64,000 nt of DNA from Candidatus Micrarchaeota archaeon. Its GTDB lineage: Archaea; Micrarchaeota; Micrarchaeia; Norongarragalinales; Norongarragalinaceae. The position numbers were made by a program, and so were the translations under genes. The notes below the pieces were generated by a model, which ran no database searches, was not told where the DNA came from, and saw only the letters and a list, made by a program, of their open reading frames with translations. Location: contig JBDRBT010000015.1 of NCBI GenBank assembly GCA_043822385.1, positions 749 to 64,748 of the forward strand. The letters run 5' to 3'. Every line of letters starts with the position of its first letter. Position 1 is the first letter of the stretch. This document shows, piece after piece, positions 27,940 to 37,727 of the stretch.

Positions 27940-29849
27940 CTAAATTTTACTCGCTTGCTTAAGTAGGGACTCAAGCTTAGTTTCTCGAATGGCTCGTTTA
28001 AAGTCAAGTCTTTGACTAGGAAAGCTAGTTCTTTTACAGTCAAGTTTTCTTTAATCTTTTTTGACCTGTGAGTAACTGCTAAACTGTTTTCTTTTACTTC
28101 TCTTTCTCCAACTACTGCAATGAATGGAATCCATTCTTTTCCTGCATCGCGAATTTTTGATTGAAGCGTGTCGTTCCTGTCATCCACGTCAACGCGGATT
28201 CTAGCTTGTCTTAATTCCGCCATTACTTGCTTGCAGTAATCAACTTGGTTGTCTGTTATTGGAATTAATCTTACCTGCGTGGGACTCAAGAATACGGGGT
28301 AGCAAGGTATTTCGCCGCGCTTGGTTTTTTCTGCTTCTTTTTCTATTATTGCGAATAAAACGCGTTCAATAGCGCCTGGAATCGATGTGTGCAAGAGGAT
28401 TGGCTTCTTTTTCTTTCCGTCTGCCGCAACAAAATTCAAGTCGAAAGTATCGCAGTTTTCTACGTCAATTTGCACGGTGTTTAATCCAGATGCCTTGTCG
28501 TACTGATCAATGTAATTGAACTCGAATTTAGTAATGAAGTAAGCGTACCTTTCTTCAAATAATTCTATTAATACGGGTTTTCCTAAGTGAGCAACCATTT
28601 TTTCGTAAAAATCTTTATTTTCTTCAAAAAAGTCTTTCTGCACTCGGAAAGCAGTTTCAAATTCAATGCCAAGACTCTGGTTCCACTCGTAACACAAAAG
28701 AAATTGTTGAAAGAATTCTTTCTTGGATTCTTCTAGGTCAGCGCATAACGTGTGCATATCCGGCATAGTGAATGCACGGAGTCTCCGCAAGCCAGATACT
28801 TCCCCGCTTTGTTCCCTCCGGAAGGAATAACGTGTTAATTCAAACATTCTTAACGGCAAGTGCTTGTAGGTTATTTGCGCGTCGTGAGTAATCAAGAATT
28901 GACCAAAGCAAGCAGCAAAACGCAGGAAAAAGAGCTTGTCATCGCTTTGAATAACGTATTGCCTGGCTGGAAAACGATTTAAGTATTTCTTTAGTGCAGG
29001 GTGAGTAAAATCGTACATTATTGGGGTTTCTACTTCATTAGCTCCGTATTCAACGCACCAGTCCGTAACTCTTTTTTCTAATAGTTTCTTGATTAGTTTT
29101 CCTTTAGGGTACCAACGCAAGTTTCCTGAATCGCTTCCAGGTTCTTGAGCAACTAGTTCTTGTTCTTGCATTATTTTGTAGTGAGCTGGTTCTACTGCGT
29201 AAGAACGATTTTTCTTTTCTTCGTAATTAATGAATGTTTTTAGTTTATCGTGTTTAGAGTAATCAAACTTGTTTGAATCGAATAATTCGCCTTTCGGCGT
29301 CATTATTTTTAACTCGCTTTTTACTTTTGCTTCTTGCTTTATGCTTTCGCTTACTAATTCTTGTCCCTTGCGTACTGTCTCGATTATTGTTTCTTTAGCG
29401 CCTAGCTTGCTGGCTTTTTCTTCCAAAGCGCCTGTTTGAATGCTTTTGCTTAACTCAGCTAAGGGGTGTCCCTTGCATTTCAATTCGAATTCCTTGTAGT
29501 AACCAAAAGGACTCTTTTTTGCGTTTTTAGCAATTATTTTACTTAATTCGAGAAAACGGTTTAGTAATTGAATAGCGTCGCCGGGTGGAGCTAGGTTGTT
29601 AGATAAGTGAGCGTAAGGATACAAGAGCAAGTTTTCTGCTTTTACTTCTTGAAAGTTTTTCTGCACGTCTTTGACTGCTTGAAGCAAGACTGCTTCGTTG
29701 TCTCCAACTTCAAACGAAGAAAAAACTACTACCACGTTTTCTAGTTTAGCGCCTTTTTTTTCTTCCTCGCTTAATTCCGGAGCGTTCTTCAAAGCTTTTT
29801 GTTTTGGCTTGAAGGAAACGTAGTCACAATGCAATTGAAGTATTCTCAC
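27936..29849 (-). CDS. thrS: Threonyl-tRNA synthetase, archaeal type with N-terminal editing domain
   Basis: MRILQLHCDYVSFKPK archaeal editing-domain N-terminus, class II motifs (FRREQSGE..GLRRLRAFTMPD), C-terminal anticodon-binding domain. Confidence 0.9.
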   Translation of the reverse strand: MRILQLHCDYVSFKPKQKALKNAPELSEEEKKGAKLENVVVVFSSFEVGDNEAVLLQAVKDVQKNFQEVKAENLLLYPYAHLSNNLAPPGDAIQLLNRFLELSKIIAKNAKKSPFGYYKEFELKCKGHPLAELSKSIQTGALEEKASKLGAKETIIETVRKGQELVSESIKQEAKVKSELKIMTPKGELFDSNKFDYSKHDKLKTFINYEEKKNRSYAVEPAHYKIMQEQELVAQEPGSDSGNLRWYPKGKLIKKLLEKRVTDWCVEYGANEVETPIMYDFTHPALKKYLNRFPARQYVIQSDDKLFFLRFAACFGQFLITHDAQITYKHLPLRMFELTRYSFRREQSGEVSGLRRLRAFTMPDMHTLCADLEESKKEFFQQFLLCYEWNQSLGIEFETAFRVQKDFFEENKDFYEKMVAHLGKPVLIELFEERYAYFITKFEFNYIDQYDKASGLNTVQIDVENCDTFDLNFVAADGKKKKPILLHTSIPGAIERVLFAIIEKEAEKTKRGEIPCYPVFLSPTQVRLIPITDNQVDYCKQVMAELRQARIRVDVDDRNDTLQSKIRDAGKEWIPFIAVVGEREVKENSLAVTHRSKKIKENLTVKELAFLVKDLTLNEPFEKLSLSPYLSKRVKFS

Positions 29850-30010
29850 TTTTTTGAATCACCAGAGAAAAAAAGTTATTTAAACAAGATTTTGTTTGGA
29901 GTAGTTTATAAACATCTTTAAACAATTAATTACTCGTGAAAACCAAGAAAAAAGCTTGTCCTTAACTCTTTTTTGTCTAGTTTTAATTTTCTTGGTTTTA
30001 AGGTGATATT

Positions 30011-30925
30011 TTGATTGACTTGCTAGTATTGTTTGCAGTGTTTTTAGTTGGCTTTTTTAGTATTGTTACTGACCGCATTGTTGACGACAAGCTCTTCTTG
30101 TTCAAGAACGCGCAGTACGTTACTGGATTAGTTTATGGAGTTTTATTAGGGTGGTTGTTGAACGCGAGTGTTGAAGTAGCTACTGTTCTTTTAGCTGTTT
30201 CTGCAGGAGTTTTTCTTGCAGGAAAGATGGACAAACACGCTCACCAAGCAGCTGCTGGCGCGGCTTTGCTGGTTTTAGGCTTGAATGGCTTTGCAGGAGC
30301 TAATGCCGTATTGTTATGCGTGTTCGTGTTATTTGGCTTGTTTGATGAGTACGTGAATGATTTTGTTGATGAAGCCAAGCGCTTGAAAAAGAAAATTAAT
30401 GCGATAGTGAACTTAATTGGGGAACACCGATTGTTGCTTGAAGCTTGTTGTTTTGCTGTAAGCGCTGTAACGGGTGAATGGCTGTATTTCTTAGTGCTTT
30501 TGAGTTACGATGTTGGTGGTTATGTTTTCGCAGAGTTTTTTGCTAGAGCGAAAATACGCGCGCAAACAGGTTCTTTAGGCCAGCACTTGGTTTTGGATTT
30601 GTATGATTGCAGTGTTAGCAAGTTGGAGAATGAAGAGTCTTTGAAAAAGTTTTTGAGCGTTCTTCCTGCAAGAATAGGAATGCGCAAGATTTCTCGTCCG
30701 TTAGTGAAGAAAGTTTCTAACCGATTGGATGAGGGTTTGTCTGGTTTCGTTTTGTTAGCTGAATCTCACGTTAGTGTTCACACTTTTCCGCGTTTGCAGT
30801 CTGTTAACGTGGATGTTTTTTCGTGCAAGCCTTTTGACTCTACTAAGGTAGTGAAGGAAGTGCAAGAGTGGTTTAAGGCGCGTAGTGTTGTTGAAAGAAT
30901 TTTAAAGAGGCGTGATTTGGAATGA
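30011..30925 (+). CDS. speH: Membrane domain fused to pyruvoyl-dependent S-adenosylmethionine decarboxylase (SpeH-like)
   Basis: The C-terminal ~125 aa has GQHLVLDLYDC and the self-cleavage site LLAESHVSVHTFP. The N-terminal ~180 aa has 5-6 TM helices in the same frame, with no start codon at the junction. Confidence 0.65.
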   Translation: MIDLLVLFAVFLVGFFSIVTDRIVDDKLFLFKNAQYVTGLVYGVLLGWLLNASVEVATVLLAVSAGVFLAGKMDKHAHQAAAGAALLVLGLNGFAGANAVLLCVFVLFGLFDEYVNDFVDEAKRLKKKINAIVNLIGEHRLLLEACCFAVSAVTGEWLYFLVLLSYDVGGYVFAEFFARAKIRAQTGSLGQHLVLDLYDCSVSKLENEESLKKFLSVLPARIGMRKISRPLVKKVSNRLDEGLSGFVLLAESHVSVHTFPRLQSVNVDVFSCKPFDSTKVVKEVQEWFKARSVVERILKRRDLE

Positions 30926-31842
30926 TTGAAGTAAAAGGTTTTGAAATAAAAAGCGGCTTGACTGCTGGCGAGTTAGTTGCTTCTTTTTCTAGCTTGGGTT
31001 TTCAAGCAAGCGAGTTAGCGAAGGCAGTTAGCGTGATTCGGTCTATGCGCAAGGATAAGGCGACTATTTTCTTGTCTTTTACTTCGAATATGGTTTCTTC
31101 TGGTTTGCGCGAGTTGTTTGCTCAAATGTGTCGGGATAAGCTAGTTGATGTTGTTGTAACGAGTATTGGTAGTGTTGAGGAGGACTTGATGAAAACTAAG
31201 GCGCCTTTCTTTTTAGGTGACTTTAATGCTGACGACGCTGAACTTCACAAAAAGGAAATTAATCGTATTGGTAACGTGTTTGTTCCTACTGCTCGTTACG
31301 TTGAACTAGAGAAAATGCTCAAGCCCTTCTTTTTGAAAGAGTTAAATAAACAGAAAGAAAAAGGCAGGTTGTTGTCTCCAAGTGAAGTAATTCGCGATTT
31401 AGGTGAAACTATTGAGGATGAAAACTCGTTTTTGTATTGGTGTTTCAAGAATAATATTCCTGTTTTTTGTCCTGCTCCTACTGACGGTGCTTTTGGTTTG
31501 CAATTGTTTTTCTTTAAGCAAGACCATGCTGAGTTCGGGATTGATGTTACTGGAGATATGAAGTCGTTATCCGACCTAGTTTTGAATGCTGAAAAAACTG
31601 GCGGGATTATTTTGGGTGGCGGTTTTGCTAAACACCACGTTATTGGCATGAATTTAGTGCGTGGTGGTTTGGATTATGCTGTTTACGTGTGCACTGCTTC
31701 AGAGTATGATGGTTCACTGAGTGGTGCAAGAACGAAGGAAGCAGTTAGTTGGGGTAAAATTAACGAGAAAGCGAAAACTGCGTTCGTTGATTGTGACGCT
31801 ACAATTGCTTTGCCTTTAATTCTAGCTGGATTGAAGGATTGA
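30922..31842 (+). CDS. dys: Deoxyhypusine synthase
   Basis: FLSFTSNMVSSGLRE, ILGGGFAKHH, SWGK motifs; 4-nt overlap with the speH-like gene. Confidence 0.85.
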   Translation: MIEVKGFEIKSGLTAGELVASFSSLGFQASELAKAVSVIRSMRKDKATIFLSFTSNMVSSGLRELFAQMCRDKLVDVVVTSIGSVEEDLMKTKAPFFLGDFNADDAELHKKEINRIGNVFVPTARYVELEKMLKPFFLKELNKQKEKGRLLSPSEVIRDLGETIEDENSFLYWCFKNNIPVFCPAPTDGAFGLQLFFFKQDHAEFGIDVTGDMKSLSDLVLNAEKTGGIILGGGFAKHHVIGMNLVRGGLDYAVYVCTASEYDGSLSGARTKEAVSWGKINEKAKTAFVDCDATIALPLILAGLKD

Positions 31843-31875
31843 TAGGCTTAAGAAGTGGTTTTGTTTTTTTATTTT

Positions 31876-32976
31876 ATGAATATTAAATTGTTTTTTGCCT
31901 TATTGTTTTTATCTACTCTTTGTTTTGCTTCCCCGGATTTTGTTATAAAAAACCAGTGGTACCAAGTTGTTTACGATGAGATTGGTGTTGCTACTGTTAA
32001 TGTAGGAATTGAAATTCTAAACACGGGTTCCGAGCCGATAAATTCTATTTCTTTTATGGTTCCCCAGGGCTCTTTTGAATTGAAACAACTATGGTCGGAT
32101 GAGGACTACCTTGCAACGGATAATGACAATTACTATTATTCTTCTCATCACTTGCAAATTATTGATAAAAGCACAGTAGAAGAAGTGGACGAGGGGGTTT
32201 ATTCTATTAAAATCGAGCCTCTTTCTCAAGGGCGTGCTCGCCGTTTGATGTTAAAGTATTCTTTGTCTGGTACTGCCCACAAATTTCTTGCTTTTGATTA
32301 TTCTTTTGAAACCCTTAAATTCAATGCCGAAACAGAACAAATGCGTGTAGCCGTAGATGTGGATGAGAACCTTATGTTGAGCGGAATCTCTTCAGAAAGA
32401 TCGTTTTCTTCTGTTCCGTTTGGTTTGCTTGCAGCTACCTCTGGTGGCGGGGTTCAGTCTAGTGACATGTATTCAGAAAACTTTAATTCTCTGCAATACG
32501 CTAGGGGTCTTAGTACTGAACGAAGGAACTTGGCGGAAGGAAATACTTTGATGGTTAGAGGCAAGTACGCTGAAAGTTTAATTTCATTGTATACTCTTGA
32601 AATATTGTTTGGTTTGATTGTTTTAGGTGCCTTGATTTACGCCCTTCGCAATAAAATTAAAAATAATAAGCGAACTGAGGCGAGTGACTGGAAGAAATCC
32701 GCAATTTTCAGTGGTTTAGGTATAGCGGGGATTATTGCGTGTATTGTTATCGCGGTTTTCATCAAAGAACCGTTTGTTAATATTCCCTTGTTTTTTGTTG
32801 CGTTATTCTGTTTTTTTGCACCAATTTATGTTGCTTATCGGCTGTTCAATGGTTGGTCTGCTTTAATGGTGTTCGGTTTTTATCTTCTTTTACTGTGTTT
32901 AGTGCCGTTCCTCTTGTTTTTCTTGTTCTTATTTTTATCTATTTTTATGTATTTAATTCCTGGACGTTTATTTTGA
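31876..32976 (+). CDS. Secreted/membrane-anchored hypothetical protein
   Basis: Signal peptide MNIKLFFALLFLSTLCFA, ~230-aa extracellular domain, then 4 C-terminal TM helices. Confidence 0.45.
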   Translation: MNIKLFFALLFLSTLCFASPDFVIKNQWYQVVYDEIGVATVNVGIEILNTGSEPINSISFMVPQGSFELKQLWSDEDYLATDNDNYYYSSHHLQIIDKSTVEEVDEGVYSIKIEPLSQGRARRLMLKYSLSGTAHKFLAFDYSFETLKFNAETEQMRVAVDVDENLMLSGISSERSFSSVPFGLLAATSGGGVQSSDMYSENFNSLQYARGLSTERRNLAEGNTLMVRGKYAESLISLYTLEILFGLIVLGALIYALRNKIKNNKRTEASDWKKSAIFSGLGIAGIIACIVIAVFIKEPFVNIPLFFVALFCFFAPIYVAYRLFNGWSALMVFGFYLLLLCLVPFLLFFLFLFLSIFMYLIPGRLF

Positions 32977-34119
32977 TACTTGAGATTCCAAGTGTTTTGG
33001 TAGGGTGCGTAGTAGCAAGTATATTGCTATGAAGATTATTCCGCGTGCAGCGAATACTGTTGAGAAAGAAATTGTTGCTAGTATTCCGCCTATAAACAAG
33101 CCTGCTGCCTTACCTAAGTCTGCAAAGTAATCAAACAAAGTAACGTCTCTACCCACGTTTTCTTTGTTTGGAATCAAAGAACTAATTTTACCTATTGCTG
33201 CAGGGTATATTCCGTACGCTATATTCTCTAACAACAACCAAACAACGACGAAGAACAAGTTGTTAGTAATAAGCGTCAGACCGAGGAAAAATATTATTTC
33301 GAGTATTGAAATGATTTTGGCTATTCTCAAGACGCCTAGTTTTTCCACGTCTTTCCTGTGAATGAATGAAGAAACGCCCCAAACTAAAAAGAGGCTACCT
33401 ACTATCAAGCCTACTTGTTCAAAGGATAAATTGAATTGTTGTTGAAAAAACAGGGGTATGGCGAAAGTGTATACTAGTGCGCAAGCGCAGCCATCTAGTA
33501 TTTTTATTGCCGCGAATTTTTTCGCCCCGCTTTTTTTCAGTACTTCCAGCGAGAGGTGAATGCTTGTTTTAATGCTTTTTTTACTTTCCTTGAATTTCCA
33601 TACTATTATTGTTGAAACCAGTGAGCAAGCGCCTGCAGCGAAAAAGAATGCTTGAAAGCCTAGTGTTTGCGAAATGAATCCTCCTGCAAACATGCCTATA
33701 GCCATTAATACGCCGGTTATAGCAAAGAAAACGGATAGTGCTTTCCCTCTTTCAGTGGGTTTAGTCAAGTCCATTACGCGTATTTCTTGAAGAATCCAGT
33801 AAAAGTTTGACGAAAAATCGTACAACGGCTTTACTAAACCTATTTGCAGCGCGTTAGTTAACGTTCCAAACAAAGTAGTGCTTATGACGAGCGTTCCACT
33901 GGTTGCTTGAGTCAAGCGTTTTCTACCGAATTTATCTGTCCAAGCGCTTGCGGCTATTTTTAGTACTCCAGCTATTAGTACTGCGCTTCCAAACAATGCG
34001 CCGATTCCAATTAAACTAACGCCGATTGAATTCAAGTACAAGGGAAGGCCTACAATTATTGCTCCAGCTGATAAAGAATAGAATATTACTGCAAGAAAGC
34101 TCTTGTTTAATTCATTCAC
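32968..34119 (-). CDS. MFS transporter
   Basis: 383 aa, ~12 TM helices, DKFGRKR loop motif between TM2 and TM3. Confidence 0.75.
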   Translation of the reverse strand: MNELNKSFLAVIFYSLSAGAIIVGLPLYLNSIGVSLIGIGALFGSAVLIAGVLKIAASAWTDKFGRKRLTQATSGTLVISTTLFGTLTNALQIGLVKPLYDFSSNFYWILQEIRVMDLTKPTERGKALSVFFAITGVLMAIGMFAGGFISQTLGFQAFFFAAGACSLVSTIIVWKFKESKKSIKTSIHLSLEVLKKSGAKKFAAIKILDGCACALVYTFAIPLFFQQQFNLSFEQVGLIVGSLFLVWGVSSFIHRKDVEKLGVLRIAKIISILEIIFFLGLTLITNNLFFVVVWLLLENIAYGIYPAAIGKISSLIPNKENVGRDVTLFDYFADLGKAAGLFIGGILATISFSTVFAARGIIFIAIYLLLRTLPKHLESQVSK

Positions 34120-34120
34120 T

Positions 34121-34831
34121 TTAATCTTTTAGCGCGTTTAGTTTAAAGTAGATTCTCTTGTTTTTAGCGCCCTTGTTTTCCAAGCGAGTTATTTCTATTT
34201 CTCCACACTCACTAGTGTTGTGAACGTGGCAACCCCCGTCTGCTTGCGTGTCGAACGAACCTATCTCAACAATACGCAGTACTGCAATACTCGGCGGCAA
34301 GCGTTCAGCTAGCTTGACTATGCCGGGAATCTTGAATGCTTCCTCGCGAGGTAATTCGTAAACTCGTACTTTAGCTTTGCTAGCTAACTTTTCATTAGCG
34401 TCTCTTACGATTTCATTTATTTTTTCGCGGTCGAATTCTTCCAGAGAAAAATCAAAACGAGTTTCGGTTTCACCAATTTGGTTGCCGGTAATTAACGCGT
34501 TGTGCGCAAACATTGTCGCACCCAAGACGTGTGCTGCAGTATGCATTTTTATGCAAGCGTAACGCCGCGCCCAATTGATTTTTAGCGTGCATTCATCGTT
34601 AATGTTTAAACTGCCGTTAGTAACGTGAATTATTTTTCCTTCTTTCTTGCGTACTTCAATAACGTTGATTGTTTTCTCGTTTGAAGCAATAGTTCCAGTG
34701 TCGCAAGGCACTCCACCTCCAGTTGGGTAAAAAATTGTTTTATCGAAAATTACTTCGTTTTCGTTAACTTCCACTGCGCGTGCAGTGCATTCTTGCAAGT
34801 AAGAGTCCTTCAAGCAAAGTAGTTTAGTCAT
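34121..34831 (-). CDS. alaX: Alanyl-tRNA editing protein AlaX (AlaX-M type)
   Basis: HTAAHV zinc motif and DGGCHV; N-terminal beta-barrel typical of AlaX-M. Confidence 0.8.
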   Translation of the reverse strand: MTKLLCLKDSYLQECTARAVEVNENEVIFDKTIFYPTGGGVPCDTGTIASNEKTINVIEVRKKEGKIIHVTNGSLNINDECTLKINWARRYACIKMHTAAHVLGATMFAHNALITGNQIGETETRFDFSLEEFDREKINEIVRDANEKLASKAKVRVYELPREEAFKIPGIVKLAERLPPSIAVLRIVEIGSFDTQADGGCHVHNTSECGEIEITRLENKGAKNKRIYFKLNALKD

Positions 34832-35997
34832 TCTGTTTCAACAATGTTTTTGATAATGAAGTCGGGATTGAATTCCTTCAAGTCTTCATAATTTTGTCCA
34901 GTTCCAACGAATAGTATTGGCACTTGCAAGTCGTGTGCTAGACTCAGGCTGGTTCCGCCTTTAGCATCGCAATCCAGTTTCGTTAGTATAATGCCGTTTA
35001 AACCAATTTTTTCGTGAAAAGCTTTAGCTTGCTCGATTAAAGCGTTGCCTGCAATGGCTTCACCAATGAATACTTTATAGTCTGGATTAATTACTCGGTT
35101 GATTTTCTCCATTTCACGAAGCAAGTTTTGGTTTGTTTCCTGCCTGCCTGCAGTATCAATCAATACCACGTCAATTTTCTTGGTTTTAGCGTGTTCTATA
35201 GCATCGAAAGCAACTGCCGCCGGGTCTGAACCGTACTGGTGCTTGATTACCTTAATTCCCAAGTTTTCACCGTGAATCAAGGATTGTTCTATTGCTGCAG
35301 CGCGAAACGTGTCGCTAGCACTTATTACGCTAGTCAAGCCGTTTTCTTTAAAGAAGCGAGCTAATTTTGCGATTGTAGTGGTTTTTCCAGCGCCGTTAGG
35401 GCCTAAAAATAATATTTTTACTGGCTTGTCTTTGTTTTTTATTTCTTGAAGCCAGTTAACGCTGCTTGTTTGCAAGGCGTCTTTAAACGCGTTTTTTATT
35501 TCATTTTCAATAGTTTTTTCCAACTCGTTTTTAGCAACTTGTTTTCCAACCAAGCGCTTTTTTAAGTCTTGAATTAGGTATTGAGTTGTCTCGAAGGAAA
35601 CGTCGCTTTCTAATAGAGAAAGTTCTAGTTCTTGAAATACTTGGTTTGTTTCTTTCTCGCTTATAGTAACTTGGTTTGTGAACGCGCTTTTTACTTTAGT
35701 AAAGAAATCGAGTTTCGGTTTGAATTCTTTTTTTTCTTCTTTTACTTCAAAAACAGGTTTTTTTTCAATTGTTTTTTCTTCTTTTACTTCAAGCTTTACG
35801 TCTTCTATTTTTGTTTCTTTTAGCTTAGTTTTTTCTTCAGGAATTAGTTCTTTTATTTTACTTGTTTCTTTTTCAATTACTGGCTCGGGTTTTATTGTTT
35901 CTTGAATTATTTCTTTTTTTGGCTCCTCTTTTTTTCCGCTGGCGCCAGTGATTCCGTCAACGAAGTTCTTTACTGTTTTTTTAAGGAAACCAAACAT
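34828..35997 (-). CDS. ftsY: Signal recognition particle receptor FtsY
   Basis: K/E-rich A domain then NG domain: LGPNGAGKTTT, DTAGR, TKLD, GTGQ. Confidence 0.9.
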   Translation of the reverse strand: MFGFLKKTVKNFVDGITGASGKKEEPKKEIIQETIKPEPVIEKETSKIKELIPEEKTKLKETKIEDVKLEVKEEKTIEKKPVFEVKEEKKEFKPKLDFFTKVKSAFTNQVTISEKETNQVFQELELSLLESDVSFETTQYLIQDLKKRLVGKQVAKNELEKTIENEIKNAFKDALQTSSVNWLQEIKNKDKPVKILFLGPNGAGKTTTIAKLARFFKENGLTSVISASDTFRAAAIEQSLIHGENLGIKVIKHQYGSDPAAVAFDAIEHAKTKKIDVVLIDTAGRQETNQNLLREMEKINRVINPDYKVFIGEAIAGNALIEQAKAFHEKIGLNGIILTKLDCDAKGGTSLSLAHDLQVPILFVGTGQNYEDLKEFNPDFIIKNIVETE

Positions 35998-36004
35998 TTT
36001 TTGT

Positions 36005-36394
36005 TTACTCCTTTTCAGTGGCTTTACGCAAATAATTTTCTTTTTCCTGCATGGTTTTTATTACTTCCTCGAATGATTTTCCCATTTCTTTCAAAGCGTT
36101 TTCTAGCTTTTGGTTTTTGTCTTTAAGAGCAGTTGTTGCTTCGGGAATTGTTTTTTCAACAACAATTTTTCCGCCTACGTCCATTAGTACTTTATTGTTT
36201 GAGGGCTTTGCTTTTACTAGAACGCCTGAACCAACTGAAAAAATGTTTTCTTCAGCAAGGCTTTCTAGAGCTTGAATGCTAGCGTTAGTTTCTTCAATTG
36301 CTCCGCGCACTTGGTTTACTTGGTTTTGAAGTGTTTGTGCTTGTTGCTGTAAATACTGGTATTCTAAATACTCTTTTTTTAGTTCTTCATCCAT
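36005..36394 (-). CDS. pfdA: Prefoldin subunit alpha
   Basis: Coiled coil - beta hairpins (FSVGSGVLVKAK..VLMDVGGKIVVEK) - coiled coil; conserved position upstream of ftsY. Confidence 0.7.
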   Translation of the reverse strand: MDEELKKEYLEYQYLQQQAQTLQNQVNQVRGAIEETNASIQALESLAEENIFSVGSGVLVKAKPSNNKVLMDVGGKIVVEKTIPEATTALKDKNQKLENALKEMGKSFEEVIKTMQEKENYLRKATEKE

Positions 36395-36400
36395 TTTAAA

Positions 36401-37066
36401 TCACTCGCTTAGTATTTCATAAATTCTTTGAGTTTCAAAACCAGTAGTTAAACTACCTACAATAGCGCCTTTGTCGTTTGCAGTTATTCCTAGGGAATTT
36501 CCGCCGGCGCCCATGTTAGTGCTTCCAACTAGTACTGGTACCTTGAATATTTTTTGCAAGTACTTCAAGTCTACTTCGCTAGTGTCGTTGTGTGCTAGCA
36601 TTCCCTTGTTTGTTACCACGTTGTGGCTTCCAATGGTAGTTACTCCCGCGATCGGGTGCTGAATAACTTCAGTTCCAAGGCAATCCGCAATGTTTTTCAA
36701 AGACTCGCGAGGCATTTCAATGCTTGCTAGAGTAGTCTTGTCGTTAGTTAATAGCACGTTTCCTGCAGCATACGCTTTATCCAGCGTTAACACGTTTAAC
36801 CCTAGTTTTTTTAGTTGTTGCACGTCTTTATTTTCAGCAAAAGAAGGTAGTACTACGCCTTTTGCGTTCATTGCTGCAAACAAGCCGATTAATCCTGATT
36901 CGTTTATCAAGACGTGAACTATTTCCGTGCCTAGAGTTTCAGCTACTGTTTTTTCAAAATCGTGCGGGCTGGCTTTAGGTATTAACGTGTATTCGTTATT
37001 GGTTACGGTAAATAACCCTATGAACGGGTTTTTTTGAATGCTAGTTTTGCTTATTTTAAAACTCAT
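36401..37066 (-). CDS. eif6: Translation initiation factor 6 (aIF6)
   Basis: 221 aa. Pentein repeats with recurring G.L...N......P segments; located in the conserved L31e-L39e cluster. Confidence 0.85.
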   Translation of the reverse strand: MSFKISKTSIQKNPFIGLFTVTNNEYTLIPKASPHDFEKTVAETLGTEIVHVLINESGLIGLFAAMNAKGVVLPSFAENKDVQQLKKLGLNVLTLDKAYAAGNVLLTNDKTTLASIEMPRESLKNIADCLGTEVIQHPIAGVTTIGSHNVVTNKGMLAHNDTSEVDLKYLQKIFKVPVLVGSTNMGAGGNSLGITANDKGAIVGSLTTGFETQRIYEILSE

Positions 37067-37509
37067 ACTTTCAACTCGGCTAGCGCCGTGCCTTCCTTGT
37101 CTTTAGTTACTTTAAGCGTTACTTTTCTGTGTACGCCCTTGCTTTTAAGAAGGCTGTTTGTTACTTTGCTGTCTATCTTAATGGCTGTAGTTTTGAAGTG
37201 TCTTATTAAATACAATTTAATTATCCGTACCGCTGCTCTAAACCTTCTTGAAACTGGCTTTGCGAGTGCTTTAGATAAGTTTATCGTGCAAATTCTTTCC
37301 AGAACTATTTCACGCTTTTTTTCTTCTTCTTTAATTGGCGCTTTTTTTTCTTCTTTTTTCGTTTCTTTTGGTTTAGTCTTTTTTTCGTCAGTTGATGGTT
37401 TTTTTACTTCGGTTTTTTGTTCTTCTTTTGTTTCAACTGGTTCTTCAACTACTTTTTTTTCTTCCTTTTGGTTTTGAAGCATTTTTTTTGTTACTGCTGT
37501 GTCTTCCAT
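37063..37509 (-). CDS. rpl31e: Ribosomal protein L31e with K/E-rich N-terminal extension
   Basis: C-terminal 85 aa (ERICTINLSKA...RFRAAVRIIKLYLIRHFK...VTLKVTKD) matches L31e, preceded by ~60 aa of lysine/glutamate-rich sequence. Confidence 0.8.
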   Translation of the reverse strand: MEDTAVTKKMLQNQKEEKKVVEEPVETKEEQKTEVKKPSTDEKKTKPKETKKEEKKAPIKEEEKKREIVLERICTINLSKALAKPVSRRFRAAVRIIKLYLIRHFKTTAIKIDSKVTNSLLKSKGVHRKVTLKVTKDKEGTALAELKV

Positions 37510-37523
37510 AAAAATTCACCTAT

Positions 37524-37709
37524 CTATTTTTTCATTTCCTTTTTCATTTTCTTGCTCTTTTTTATTTTCTGGTGTCGCCAATTCCTTGTTTTAGGATTGC
37601 GCGTTAGTTTTCTACCTGTCTTGGCTATAGCAAATATTGGTATTCGCCTGTTTTGCCTTAGTTTTTTGCTTAAGAATTTCTTTTTTGAAGCGCTTTTTAT
37701 GCTACCCAA
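37524..37709 (-). CDS. rpl39e: Ribosomal protein L39e
   Basis: 61 aa, highly basic. NRRIPIFAIAKT and RNWRH motifs. Confidence 0.8.
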   Translation of the reverse strand: MGSIKSASKKKFLSKKLRQNRRIPIFAIAKTGRKLTRNPKTRNWRHQKIKKSKKMKKEMKK

Positions 37710-37727
37710 CTAAATCAACTCCCTTTT

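Noticed and set aside
35632-36126. Plus-strand ORFs rich in Phe/Ser (35632-35823, 35678-35905, 35902-36126); similar ones at 37034-37713
   Set aside because: They are mirror images of the Lys/Glu-rich low-complexity regions of ftsY, pfdA and L31e/L39e on the minus strand.
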